Source of the DNA: Candidatus Hadarchaeota archaeon
GTDB taxonomy: Archaea; CAYQAE01; CAYVLA01
Assembly: GCA_964621445.1 (NCBI GenBank)
Contig: CAZUNO010000011.1
Coordinates: forward strand, 17,298 to 81,297
Length of the DNA stretch: 64,000 nt
Direction of reading: 5' to 3'
The notes under the pieces were generated by a model. The model did not search any database. It was given only the letters and a program-made list of their open reading frames with translations, and was not told the origin of the DNA. The number at the start of each line of letters is the position of its first letter. Positions within the stretch are counted from its first letter, which is position 1. Shown here piece after piece: positions 26,781 to 36,807 of the stretch. Position numbers and translations under genes: made by a program.

Positions 26781-27311
26781 TTGATTCCCAGGAAGGTTTT
26801 CTTCACCAAGGGAGTTGGTAGAAACTCCGAGAAGCTTTCCTCCTTCGAGGAGGCCCTGAGAGATGCCGGGGTAGAGGAATGCAACTTCGTTCACGTTTCC
26901 AGCATCCTTCCCCCGGGGTGTGAGGTAGTGGATAGGTCGGAGGGCGTGGCCCTGCTGGAAACCGGTCAGATAACCTTCGTGGTCATGGCCGAGAACTCCT
27001 CGTGCGAGCCCGGGACCCTGGTATCAGCTGCCATCGGCCTGGCCAGGCCGGCGAGCGATGGTTACGGGTATCTCTCCGAGCACACCAGCCTGAAACAGCC
27101 CTCAGGCGAGCACGCAGAGGACCTGGCGGCCACCATGCTGGCCACTGCACTGGGTATCGAGTTCGATCCCCAGGACGATTGGGACCAGAGGAAGAGGACC
27201 TACCGGGCATCTGGAAAGATAATCAAGACCAGCAACATATCCCAGTCGGCCCGGGTTGGTGAGGATGGCCGGTGGACCACGGTTCTGGCCGCGGCGGTCT
27301 TCGTCCTGTAG
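26781..27311 (+). CDS. pdaD: Pyruvoyl-dependent arginine decarboxylase
   Basis: [32 protein letters not shown] (Ser-Ser cleavage site), [17 protein letters not shown]. Confidence 0.93.
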   Translation: MIPRKVFFTKGVGRNSEKLSSFEEALRDAGVEECNFVHVSSILPPGCEVVDRSEGVALLETGQITFVVMAENSSCEPGTLVSAAIGLARPASDGYGYLSEHTSLKQPSGEHAEDLAATMLATALGIEFDPQDDWDQRKRTYRASGKIIKTSNISQSARVGEDGRWTTVLAAAVFVL

Positions 27312-27393
27312 GGCAGATCGATGGCCGCGTTTGGACTGGCCACAATATTTTAGGCTCCAGAGATAACCGGTTATCGGTCCCTTACTCAGCAAG

Positions 27394-28941
27394 GTGGAAA
27401 TCACCCTGGTATCAATCAAGATCTTGGTCTCGACCGTCATACTGATAGCCACGGTTACCGTGGGAAGCGTGGGGTTTCACCATTTCGAGAGGGGGCAGAA
27501 CCTTACCTGGACCGATTCCGTATACTTCACCATCGTGACCATTACCACCGTGGGGTACGGAGAGATCCATCCCCAGACCGATGCGGGAAAGCTGTTTGCC
27601 ATCCCGGTGATTACAATAGGCGTTTCCTCGGCCCTCTCCACCCTCACCGTACTCTTCGGCGCTCTGCTGGAGGACCGCGTCAGGAGGGCGGTAACCGGCC
27701 TGTCACAACCGGAGAAGTACGAGGACCACGTCATACTCTGCGGGTCAGGTGACCTGGCGGAGATAGTTGCCAAGGAACTCAGGCTGAACAACGTGGATTA
27801 CGTCCGCGTTTCCAGAGAGGAGATACCAGGGCAAACAAGGCTCATAGTGGGAGACCCCGGCGATGAGGGGATCCTAAAACGGGCAGGTATCATGAATGCA
27901 GTATCCCTGGTAGTTCTACTGGAGGACCGGGAGGAGTTCTTCGTTACCCTTGAGGCCAAGCGCCTGAGGCCCGATCTCCGGGTGGTGACGGCGGTTGAGG
28001 ACCCCGAAAATAAGACCAGGCTGGAGGAGGTGGGGGCGGATCTGGTGGTTGCATGCGATACCCTGTCGGCAAGGCTGTTGGCCATGGCCTCGGAGAGGCA
28101 TTTCTCCATGGGCTTCTTCGATACCGATATATCGCCCAGGCCTATAGCTCTCAGCGAGATCTCCATACCTGAGGGGAGCCCGGTGGTGGGGAAGACCCTG
28201 GCCGAACTTTCCATCCCCGAGAGATTCGGCCTGTCGGTGGTAGCTCTCACCAGGGGTAAGAAGCTGGAGCCCAATCCGGATCCATTCCAGGAACTGGAGG
28301 CCGGGGGCCAGATAGTGGTATTCGGCGAGAAGGAAAACGCGTCCGATCTCAAGGCCTACGCATCGGGTGGTAGGGCGGGGACGGGTGAGGTGGAGATTCC
28401 ACGGGTCGAGAAACGTAAGGGGCTTCCCACAGAGATCCGGTCCCGGGGACCGAGGATGATGACCAACCTATTCCTGATAGTGCTGGTGATGGTCTTCTAC
28501 CAGTTCATCTCCCCCGTTTTCTCTGCAGCGGGCATTACCCTTAATCTCCAGGAGATGTTTAACCTGGCCATATTCTTCGTGGTGCTGGCCGCCATAGGCT
28601 ATCTCCTGTTCTCGGTTCTATCCGACTTCAAGATACTGGTGGATGCTGGGTTCCTGACCGCCAGTGGGTTGGACAGCGTGGTTCAGGCCAGTGGGGTGAG
28701 GAGGATCATCAGGAATGGAGTATTCATGGCTCTGATTGTGGTGCTGGGCCTGGTGGTCGGCCCCCTCCTGGGATCGATGGGGGGAGGCGCCGTCTGGGTG
28801 GCGGGGGCCATACCCTGGATATGCCTGGGGCTTCTCCTGGTGGTCCTCTACGACATGGGCTCCTTCCTCCACGGGGCCATGATCCGTTTCGTGAGAAGGG
28901 TGGCCGAGACCTTTGCTAGGTCCATAGAGGAGGGTGATTGA
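27394..28941 (+). CDS. MthK-like K+ channel (2TM pore plus RCK) with an extra C-terminal membrane domain
   Basis: YFTIVTITTVGYGEIHP filter, DHVILCG RCK-N, RCK-C, then about four extra TM helices. Confidence 0.88.
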   Translation: MEITLVSIKILVSTVILIATVTVGSVGFHHFERGQNLTWTDSVYFTIVTITTVGYGEIHPQTDAGKLFAIPVITIGVSSALSTLTVLFGALLEDRVRRAVTGLSQPEKYEDHVILCGSGDLAEIVAKELRLNNVDYVRVSREEIPGQTRLIVGDPGDEGILKRAGIMNAVSLVVLLEDREEFFVTLEAKRLRPDLRVVTAVEDPENKTRLEEVGADLVVACDTLSARLLAMASERHFSMGFFDTDISPRPIALSEISIPEGSPVVGKTLAELSIPERFGLSVVALTRGKKLEPNPDPFQELEAGGQIVVFGEKENASDLKAYASGGRAGTGEVEIPRVEKRKGLPTEIRSRGPRMMTNLFLIVLVMVFYQFISPVFSAAGITLNLQEMFNLAIFFVVLAAIGYLLFSVLSDFKILVDAGFLTASGLDSVVQASGVRRIIRNGVFMALIVVLGLVVGPLLGSMGGGAVWVAGAIPWICLGLLLVVLYDMGSFLHGAMIRFVRRVAETFARSIEEGD

Positions 28942-29627
28942 TGGTACAGGGAGTAGTGATATGCGGGGATGGGCCACTGATCCCCAGCGTTTGCATGTAC
29001 CTATTAAAGTCACACAGGAGGGTAAACCTCATCAGTCCCAACCCCTCCCTGGCCATTGAGGGCGTGGATTTCACGGAGGGTGACCCCACGGACTCGGGGG
29101 AGCTCTCGCGGGCCGGGGTGGGTGATGCCTCGGATATCATTGTGATATGCGCGGAGGACTGGGACGCCGCCGTTATAGTCATGAATGCCAGGAAGATCAA
29201 TGAGGAGGCCACTATAGTGGTCAATGTGAATAGAGAAAACAGCGCCCAGAAGCTTTACTCACTGGGCGCCTCCAGGGTGGTGTTTCCCCTCTCGGTTAGC
29301 GGCCACCTGATAGCCAGCGCGGCCTCATCGCCAGTGCTGGCCGAGTTCATGGATCGGATAATTCTCACCCAGGATATCGAGATAGGACATATCGAGATAG
29401 ACGAGGACAGCGATATGGTGGGTAAAAAAATCGGTGACCTTAAATTGAGGGAGATGACCGGTTGCTGGGTGTTGGGCATCGTCAGTCCGGGCAAGGAATT
29501 CGTTCCCAATCCGGGGTCTGAGGCCGAGATCCAGGACGGTCAGACCCTGATATGCCTGGGTTCCTCTGAGGGTCTGAGGGATTTCTTCGAGTCGGCCAAG
29601 TCCTCCTACCGGGAGGGCGGGGGATAG
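28941..29627 (+). CDS. Soluble RCK/TrkA-domain protein
   Basis: GDPTDSGELSRAGV, MVGKKIGDLKLREMTG, FVPNP; coupled to the channel gene. Confidence 0.85.
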   Translation: MVQGVVICGDGPLIPSVCMYLLKSHRRVNLISPNPSLAIEGVDFTEGDPTDSGELSRAGVGDASDIIVICAEDWDAAVIVMNARKINEEATIVVNVNRENSAQKLYSLGASRVVFPLSVSGHLIASAASSPVLAEFMDRIILTQDIEIGHIEIDEDSDMVGKKIGDLKLREMTGCWVLGIVSPGKEFVPNPGSEAEIQDGQTLICLGSSEGLRDFFESAKSSYREGGG

Positions 29628-29879
29628 TCGTATGGGATTATTACGGGTTTTTCGGGGGAGCGAAAGGCGATAACGCCCTATTGGGGATGGATCGGGCTGC
29701 TCCTATGTCTGGTGGCAATGGCGGCCAGCGCCTGGCGGTTCGCCGAGAGCGGAAACCCGCTGCTGATCCTGATAACCCTGGTGGCCGGCCTACTTGCCCA
29801 CAGGTTGTCACGGTAGCTCACGGAAAGCTTCATATCCATCCCCTGCCCGAGAAGGGGGTGGAGTGACCGAGGTGGTAGA

Positions 29880-32246
29880 GTGGAAAATCATGACGATCGA
29901 GATTGGGTAGTATCTATCCCGGAGGGTTGCCTACTGGACGGGGGAGTAAGGGTTTGTCTTCGAGATCTAAAGGACAAGGCGCGGGAAATAGGCATTAGCA
30001 TTGAAGTCGGTTCAGGGGTGAGGGGGAGAAACATGTTGATAGTGGGCGATACCTCGAGGAACCCGCTCACCGCCGATCTGGTCAGCCGAGGCCTGATAAA
30101 AACCAGGGAGGTCTCTACCCAGGGATATGAGATCCTGAACACGGCTTTTGAGGGGACTAGAGCGGTCGTGGTACGCGGCGGATCGCTGACCGGTGAGATC
30201 TATGGACTCTATGATATCATGGATGGGATAAGTATCTCCAATCGAATCGACCACCCTGATTCCAGGAGGGAACCCGACCTAAAAATGAGGTACACACGCA
30301 TCCCGGTGAGGTGCAAGAGGGACGTCCAACGGGCTTTCAGATATCGGCTTAACATGGTATTCGGGGAGAACCCGCTGAACCTCCTGCCTTGGGGAAGCGA
30401 TGACCTGCGGGAGAGGAACCGGATGTTGAGAGAGGAAACACGAGACCTGGCCCGCTATGCCCACTCCCTGCACATGAAGTTCCTGGCCATGGGCACAGAG
30501 TTCACCTACCACCCCGATCTCCTGGACGAGTTCAAGGCCTCCCTGGACCCATCTGATCCCGGGCTCTGGGAGGCCTTTCGGGCCAAGTTCAGGCGCCTGC
30601 TGGAGGCAGTACCGGAGCTGGACGGCGTGTGCACCTTCACCGGGGAGGAGCAGAGATACTGGGATCCATTTCGGACCTTTGACCTCGTGCACGGGGGGGC
30701 GGAGTGCGGCTGGTCCCTGGAGAGGCGGTTCCGTACCTATGTCAAGGCCCTGTGGGATGTCGTGGTCGGGGAGTTCGATAAGCTCTTGGTGGTTCGCACC
30801 TGGAATACCAATTCATATGAGCAGCATTCCCAGCCCGAGGTCTATGCTGGGATTTTCAATGAGGACGTTCCCAGGAGGAACCTGTACCTGGTTCCCAGCT
30901 TCACCCAAAACGATAGATGGTGGTTCCAGGCCTATAACCCTACCTTCAACCTGACTTCACACTCTATGATGACCGTATTCGAGACCATGGATTACCATGA
31001 TGGGGGTCAGTTCTTTCCCACCTTTCCGGGATTCTACTTCCAGGCCGGGCTGGAGCATATCATGGGCGGGGGTGAAGGAAACCTCGAGGGCGCCAGTCTG
31101 GACCTACCCCGGGAGGAGGGCTGGGATACCCGGAACCTGACCGCCTACACGGTCACCCGGCTCATGTGGGATCACACGGAAGAGCCGAGTAGGATAGCCG
31201 AGGACTTCTGCGCGGTCAAATTTGGCAAGGAGGTCGCTCAGGAACTGGCGGAGATCCTCCTCCTCTCCCCGGTGGCCTACAAGTACGGACTTTACATAGA
31301 GCCGGTGACCAGGGGCAGTTTCAGCAGCCTGACCCATATTCGCACAGGCGGGTTCATAGTGGACGGTTATCCGAAAATCGATAACGGCAGGGCCCACCTG
31401 GAGTTTCTTAGGGGCATATACCTCCGGTGCAAACCCTGGATGGCGGAAAACATGATGTACCTGGACCACGGGCTGGACACCGCGAAGATGATGGAGGCCA
31501 AATTTGATGAAATCGAAAGCCGGGTGGAGAATGGGGAGGAGGTTGAAAGGTCCTTGAGATACATGCGGCTTCTTATCGAGGTGAACAATCTCTATGTAAG
31601 GACATTCACTAGCTATTTTGAGTATATGGAGAACCCGACGGAGGAGATCAAAGGGAGCCTGGCGAAACTGCATGAAGGGCTCCGCGCCAATCTCCGGTGC
31701 TTCATGAACTGCCCGTGCTTTGAATTCAGGACCCACGGGGTTGACCGGCTCCTAGCCAGTGTGGAGGATGCACTCATGGACCGAGATGCGGCCCGGAGAA
31801 AGCTCGCGCGGTCACCGACCACCGCAGAGATCGAGGAGAGGGTCCTGGAACAGCAAAAATGCCACCGTGAGATAATCCATGATCAGGGCGACGGTCTAGT
31901 CGATCTAGTAAAAGTCATGTATTGGGAGGGAAGGGTGGACGGCAGGGATATACTATCCATACAGGAGGATAACCTGAGCGTCGAACACCTGCGATGGGAT
32001 CATATCTCACATGAGAGCAGCGAGTTTTTCTCCCCACTCCCCAAGAGAGAGGGATCAGTGATAATTGAGGACATCGAATCCCAATATATGCACCCCTTCG
32101 TGATCCAGCAACCCACTCGTGATAACGATTTCACCGCCAGGATCTACCTGAATGACGTTCCGGGGGGTGCACACTGGTGCAGGTTCAATCTTTACTTCAT
32201 TAGCAGGAGACCAGAAAAACTGGGACTCGATTTTTGGGAGGAATGA
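29880..32246 (+). CDS. Large hypothetical protein with a GH67/GH115/hexosaminidase-like N-terminal domain
   Basis: QGYEI...VVVRGGSLTGEIYGLYD N-terminal pattern, VPELDGV barrel segment; family assignment is tentative. Confidence 0.6.
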   Translation: MENHDDRDWVVSIPEGCLLDGGVRVCLRDLKDKAREIGISIEVGSGVRGRNMLIVGDTSRNPLTADLVSRGLIKTREVSTQGYEILNTAFEGTRAVVVRGGSLTGEIYGLYDIMDGISISNRIDHPDSRREPDLKMRYTRIPVRCKRDVQRAFRYRLNMVFGENPLNLLPWGSDDLRERNRMLREETRDLARYAHSLHMKFLAMGTEFTYHPDLLDEFKASLDPSDPGLWEAFRAKFRRLLEAVPELDGVCTFTGEEQRYWDPFRTFDLVHGGAECGWSLERRFRTYVKALWDVVVGEFDKLLVVRTWNTNSYEQHSQPEVYAGIFNEDVPRRNLYLVPSFTQNDRWWFQAYNPTFNLTSHSMMTVFETMDYHDGGQFFPTFPGFYFQAGLEHIMGGGEGNLEGASLDLPREEGWDTRNLTAYTVTRLMWDHTEEPSRIAEDFCAVKFGKEVAQELAEILLLSPVAYKYGLYIEPVTRGSFSSLTHIRTGGFIVDGYPKIDNGRAHLEFLRGIYLRCKPWMAENMMYLDHGLDTAKMMEAKFDEIESRVENGEEVERSLRYMRLLIEVNNLYVRTFTSYFEYMENPTEEIKGSLAKLHEGLRANLRCFMNCPCFEFRTHGVDRLLASVEDALMDRDAARRKLARSPTTAEIEERVLEQQKCHREIIHDQGDGLVDLVKVMYWEGRVDGRDILSIQEDNLSVEHLRWDHISHESSEFFSPLPKREGSVIIEDIESQYMHPFVIQQPTRDNDFTARIYLNDVPGGAHWCRFNLYFISRRPEKLGLDFWEE

Positions 32247-32304
32247 ATTCAGGGCTGTTACCGATGGGCAAACTATTAATTCCAGGTTTATCATAATAGA
32301 TTCG

Positions 32305-33528
32305 TTGAATTCAAGGCGAGTTTTGCTTTTCATCATGGTTATATCGGTCATGACGATCGATGCCTCAACCCCACGTACGGACCCCGAAACCAATGTGATT
32401 CGGCTACTCCACATTGGAAAGGCATGGTACAAGCCAGGAAGCCCGGGACCGACATTTCTTAGGGATCCCAGAATCGACTGGAATCCGGTCCCGGCCCATG
32501 CATGGTCCCTGGGGGATAGGGCCTTCCGCATGTTGAGATTGTACCTGCCAAGATCAAAGAGCAGGTTTTTCGAGGAGTTCGATGTGGTGGCCATAGGAGG
32601 AATGGAGGCCCTCCATTTGAGGCTGGATTTTCAGGGCTGGCTCAAGGATGGAATGGAACAGGAGGGGATGGGCTTCGTGATGTCGGACGATTCGTCATCC
32701 TTTGGCACAAGCGGAAGCCACACGTCCTGGTACCTGGTTCCCCTGGGTGAATTGCTTCCGGTGGACGACAAACCGGTCGGAGGGTCCCCATATGGAGATG
32801 AGGAGGCCTTCCACGTGGTCCCGGTCATACCAGGCCATGAGTTTACCCGCCAAATACCCTGGCAGGAGGTATGGTTCGAGGCTAATAACCGGCCTTGGCC
32901 CAAGCCGGGGTCAACGACGGTTACCAGGATGTCAGAAGAACACGTCATCAACAGGAATAAGCCCCAGATGGTCCATTGGGATTTGGGAACTGCTAAAGGC
33001 AGGTCCGTGGCCTGGATACATGCATGGAACTATAGCCCCGATTTTTGGAGATGGAGATTTGCCCATGACGTGATAGCTCATGTAATCTACTTTACCGCTC
33101 AGGTCCCCATACCGGAAGACCTGCTTCTAATTCACACCATCAGGGAGAAAATCGGCGATTTCCACTTCGCTAGAATGTACGCACTATCCACCATAGAGTT
33201 TGCGGACAAGTTTCGAGCAAACACCATTTCAGTGGAGATAATGCTCAAGGAAGCAATGGATGGAAAGCAGGAGGCAGACCGTCTCTTTCTTCAACAGAAC
33301 TACGAGGAATCGGCAGATATGTTGGATGACCTCCTTGTCGATATTGACGAGATCATAAAGGAAGCAATTCGAGCCAAGGATAAGGCATTGGCATGGTTAT
33401 TTGCGATAGAGTGGCTAACGGTGTCATCCACGAGCCTGCTCGTGGGGGCAATAATCTGGACGTTGATGGTAAAGAGGAGATTGTACAAGGCTGTTGGCGA
33501 AACCAGGTTGAGAACCCGCGATTCCTAG
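32305..33528 (+). CDS. Secreted, C-terminally membrane-anchored protein, class I glutamine amidotransferase-like fold (paralog of 59133-60353)
   Basis: Signal-like N-terminus, RLYLPRS...EEFDVV, C-terminal AIEWL-TM-WTLMVKRRLYK; start estimated at TTG 32305. Confidence 0.7.
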   Translation: MNSRRVLLFIMVISVMTIDASTPRTDPETNVIRLLHIGKAWYKPGSPGPTFLRDPRIDWNPVPAHAWSLGDRAFRMLRLYLPRSKSRFFEEFDVVAIGGMEALHLRLDFQGWLKDGMEQEGMGFVMSDDSSSFGTSGSHTSWYLVPLGELLPVDDKPVGGSPYGDEEAFHVVPVIPGHEFTRQIPWQEVWFEANNRPWPKPGSTTVTRMSEEHVINRNKPQMVHWDLGTAKGRSVAWIHAWNYSPDFWRWRFAHDVIAHVIYFTAQVPIPEDLLLIHTIREKIGDFHFARMYALSTIEFADKFRANTISVEIMLKEAMDGKQEADRLFLQQNYEESADMLDDLLVDIDEIIKEAIRAKDKALAWLFAIEWLTVSSTSLLVGAIIWTLMVKRRLYKAVGETRLRTRDS

Positions 33529-33577
33529 GCCTTAATTCTTCCCCCATGGAACCCGTCATCCTTTACCGGTCATTGTG

Positions 33578-34366
33578 CTACCTGTAACAAGTGATTCCGG
33601 CATCCATATCGGACGGTGTCTCGTCATTGGCAGTTATCTGGAATCCATCCCCGGATGCCCGGTATACCCGGGGCTGGAATGCCTCGGCGCTGGAGGCCAC
33701 GCTCCTCTTAATGGGAAGCAGGTACTTGGCCTTCCTCTCCCCAGATGAGACCCCCCACAGAAGCGAGGCATCGGCGAGGTGAATCATCCTGGCCTTATAG
33801 GTTTCCGGATGGGAGTACCAGTCGGCCATGCCTATCACCGTGCCCTTCCTGGATTTCAAGCCGGACAGGAGGTGGGCGAACAGGGAGATGTGTTCCCGTT
33901 CCCCCATATCCATGGCTATATCTGTGAGGTTGAACTCCAGACCCAGGAAGTCATGGGGGTTGGACTCCCGCCATAGCTCGTGTATTACCTCCCTCAATGA
34001 GCCCGGTCCGCTGGTTGCGCTGGTGTCCACGACATACCTGAGGTCATGGTTCTTGTTTCTGTCTGGAGTGCCGAATAGCTGGAGATTTGCCGAATGACAA
34101 TCCAGGAAGTGGAGCCGTTTGCCCAGTTCGGTCATCATTTCCCAGGACCCGATTTCGAGATCCCCCACCCTTTCCAGGAATTCGTCGATGGTCCAGCAGG
34201 TGGAAAGGACCACCAGGTCCCTTGCGGTCCCCTCCATCAGGAGCCAGGTGGAGACCAGTCGTAGGGGGTCCAGATGGGTCTCGGGCATTACCCAGAATAA
34301 CGTATAGCCGGGCGAGGGGATGGGAAACCATCCCTGGAATAAACCTGAAGATGAGTGAGCATTCAT
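33578..34366 (-). CDS. Degenerate RecA/KaiC-like (RAD55-type) protein lacking Walker A
   Basis: IPSPGYTLFW, LHFLDCHS, MIHLADASL, YLLPIK and terminal DGFQI resemble the KaiC-domain layout; no GxxxxGK. Confidence 0.5.
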   Translation of the reverse strand: MNAHSSSGLFQGWFPIPSPGYTLFWVMPETHLDPLRLVSTWLLMEGTARDLVVLSTCWTIDEFLERVGDLEIGSWEMMTELGKRLHFLDCHSANLQLFGTPDRNKNHDLRYVVDTSATSGPGSLREVIHELWRESNPHDFLGLEFNLTDIAMDMGEREHISLFAHLLSGLKSRKGTVIGMADWYSHPETYKARMIHLADASLLWGVSSGERKAKYLLPIKRSVASSAEAFQPRVYRASGDGFQITANDETPSDMDAGITCYR

Positions 34367-34452
34367 CCGTATTTCCAGAGGCGAAATGATCCATTATGGT
34401 GTTCCAGGGCCGAGGCGTGCCTATTCAAAAAAGGATTTTGGCCAGCCCGGGG

Positions 34453-35709
34453 CTAGGTTCCGGTCTCCCAGCTCTGGATATACTCCCTCTGCTCATCGGT
34501 CATCTCGTCGATCTCGATTTCCATGGTGGCCAGCTTCCTCCGGGCCACCTCCTCGTCGATCTCCGGCGGAACCGACAGTACCTTCTCGCGATCCAGTTCC
34601 TGACTGTTCTCCTTGAGCCAGCGAGCGGTGAGTGCGTGAACGGCGAAGCTCATGTCCATAACCTCGCTGGGATGCCCGTAGGCCAGGGCCAGGTTTACCA
34701 GCCGGCCCTCGGCCAACAGCAACAGTCTACTCCCATCGGATAGGGTCCTCTCCTCCACCATGTCCTGGATCTCCCGGCTGCTCTCGGTAAGGGAGTCCAG
34801 GTCCTCCAGGGATATCTCGACGTTGAAGTGACCAGCGTTGCACATGATGGCACCGTCCTTCATCCGGGCCATGTGCTCCTTCCTTATAACGTCCCTGTTC
34901 CCGGTGGCGGTGATGAAGACGTCCCCCAAAGGGGCGGCCTGGCTCAGGGATGCCACCTGGAAACCCTCCATAGTGGCATTCAAGGCCCGGTGGGGATCGA
35001 CCTCGGTCACTATGACCTGTGCTCCCAGTCCCCTGGCCCTCATGGCGATACCCCGGCCGCAGTGCCCGAATCCGCACACCACTACCGTCTTCCCGGCCAT
35101 CAGTATCTTGGTCCCGTTGAGGATCCCGTGAATCGCGGACTGACCGGTCCCGAAAACGTTGTCCATCTCCCACTTCACCTTGGCATCATTAACCGCCACC
35201 ACGGGGAACTTCAAAACACCGTCCTTCTCCATGGCCCGGAACCTGATGACCCCGGTGGTCGTCTCCTCCTGGCCCCCCAGCACCTCCTCGATCCATTCCG
35301 GGTCCTCTTTGTGGATGTGGGATATGAGGTCCGCTCCATCATCCATGATTATATGGGGCCTTATTGAGGAGACCTGTTCGATGCACCAGTAGTAGTCCTC
35401 GGTGCCGAGTCCCCGCCAGCCATAGACCTTTATCCCCCTGCTGGCCAGTGATGCGGCCACATCGTCCTGGGTGCTCAGTGGGTTGGAGGGACATAGGGCC
35501 ACATCGGCTCCTCCCTCCCTGAGGGCCAGGACGAGGCTCGCGGTTTCCTTTGTTATGTGGAGGCAGGCCCCGATCCTCAGGTCCTCCAGCGGCTTCCGGG
35601 ATCCGAAATCCGATGATATCTGATTCAGGACGGGCATGTTGGCCTGCGCCCATTCCACCGAGAGATCTCCCTCATCCGAGAGGTCCATGTCCTTTACCTT
35701 GTAATCCAT
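34453..35709 (-). CDS. ahcY: Adenosylhomocysteinase
   Basis: ACLHITKET, SNPLSTQD, EETTTG, GRLVNL, GHPSEVMDMSF; start at ATG 35709. Confidence 0.97.
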   Translation of the reverse strand: MDYKVKDMDLSDEGDLSVEWAQANMPVLNQISSDFGSRKPLEDLRIGACLHITKETASLVLALREGGADVALCPSNPLSTQDDVAASLASRGIKVYGWRGLGTEDYYWCIEQVSSIRPHIIMDDGADLISHIHKEDPEWIEEVLGGQEETTTGVIRFRAMEKDGVLKFPVVAVNDAKVKWEMDNVFGTGQSAIHGILNGTKILMAGKTVVVCGFGHCGRGIAMRARGLGAQVIVTEVDPHRALNATMEGFQVASLSQAAPLGDVFITATGNRDVIRKEHMARMKDGAIMCNAGHFNVEISLEDLDSLTESSREIQDMVEERTLSDGSRLLLLAEGRLVNLALAYGHPSEVMDMSFAVHALTARWLKENSQELDREKVLSVPPEIDEEVARRKLATMEIEIDEMTDEQREYIQSWETGT

Positions 35710-35853
35710 ATTCTCACTGTCCGTCCTAGGGAATTCACCCTCATTAATTTGCCCGCCACCCGGAGAGGAATTGTTGGAGCTAACTAACAGGTCAGCGATC
35801 AAAACTCATTTTTATGTGCCGTTGCCTAGTGGTAACGATCAAAAGGTGATTTA

Positions 35854-36807
35854 TTGAATAGCGAGCTTCCCTGGATAGAGAAATACAGACCGAGAAAGCT
35901 CGCGGATGTGGCAGGTCAGGAGGGCAACAAACGCATACTCTCCTCCTTCATAGAGGGCAAGAGGATGTCGCACCTCATCTTCGCGGGGCCAGCCGGGGTG
36001 GGCAAGACTACCTGCGCCCTCATCCTGGCCCGTGAGCTGCTGGGGGACACCTGGAATAGTAATTTTCTGGAACTCAACGCCTCGGACGAGAGGGGGATAG
36101 ATGTGGTGAGGACGAAGATCAAATCCTTCTGCCGATCAATGGTCCTTGGCGATGCGCCATTTCGAATAGTCTTTCTGGACGAGGTTGACAACACCACCAG
36201 CGACAGCCAGCACGCTCTCCGCCGGGAGATGGAGCAGTATACATCCACGAGCAGATTCATACTTTCATGCAACTATGCAAGCAAACTGATCTCTCCCATC
36301 CAATCCCGCTGCGTTATCCTCCGGTTCACGCCTCTCAAGCGCCAGGAGCTTGTTCAGGCCCTACGCAGGATAGCCGAGCTCCAGGAACTTGACATCGAGG
36401 ACCCGGCATACGACGCCATATTCTACGTCTCCCAGGGCGATATGAGGCAGGCCACCAACATACTCCAGGCCGCCCATTCCTTCGGGGGAACCATAACCAA
36501 CGAGATGATATACAAGATATCCGGGGAGGCCAACCCCGGGGATATCAGGCGACTGCTGGCCATCAGCCTGCAGGGCGAGTTCGAGACGGCCAGGGAGAAG
36601 CTCAGGGAGATCATCTTCGATCAGGGCCTTTCCGGCCTGGACCTGGTGAGCCAGATGCACAGGGAGGCGTCAAACATGGACCTCAACAGGAATAAGCTCT
36701 CCCGTCTGCTCCGCCTCCTCGCGGACTACGAGTTCAGGCTGGTGGAGGGTAGCAATGACCTGATCCAGAGCGAGAGCCTGGTCGCCGAGATATGTAGCCT
36801 GGAGTGA
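35854..36807 (+). CDS. rfcS: Replication factor C small subunit
   Basis: PWIEKYRP, GPAGVGKTT, ELNASDERG, IQSRC. Confidence 0.97.
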   Translation: MNSELPWIEKYRPRKLADVAGQEGNKRILSSFIEGKRMSHLIFAGPAGVGKTTCALILARELLGDTWNSNFLELNASDERGIDVVRTKIKSFCRSMVLGDAPFRIVFLDEVDNTTSDSQHALRREMEQYTSTSRFILSCNYASKLISPIQSRCVILRFTPLKRQELVQALRRIAELQELDIEDPAYDAIFYVSQGDMRQATNILQAAHSFGGTITNEMIYKISGEANPGDIRRLLAISLQGEFETAREKLREIIFDQGLSGLDLVSQMHREASNMDLNRNKLSRLLRLLADYEFRLVEGSNDLIQSESLVAEICSLE

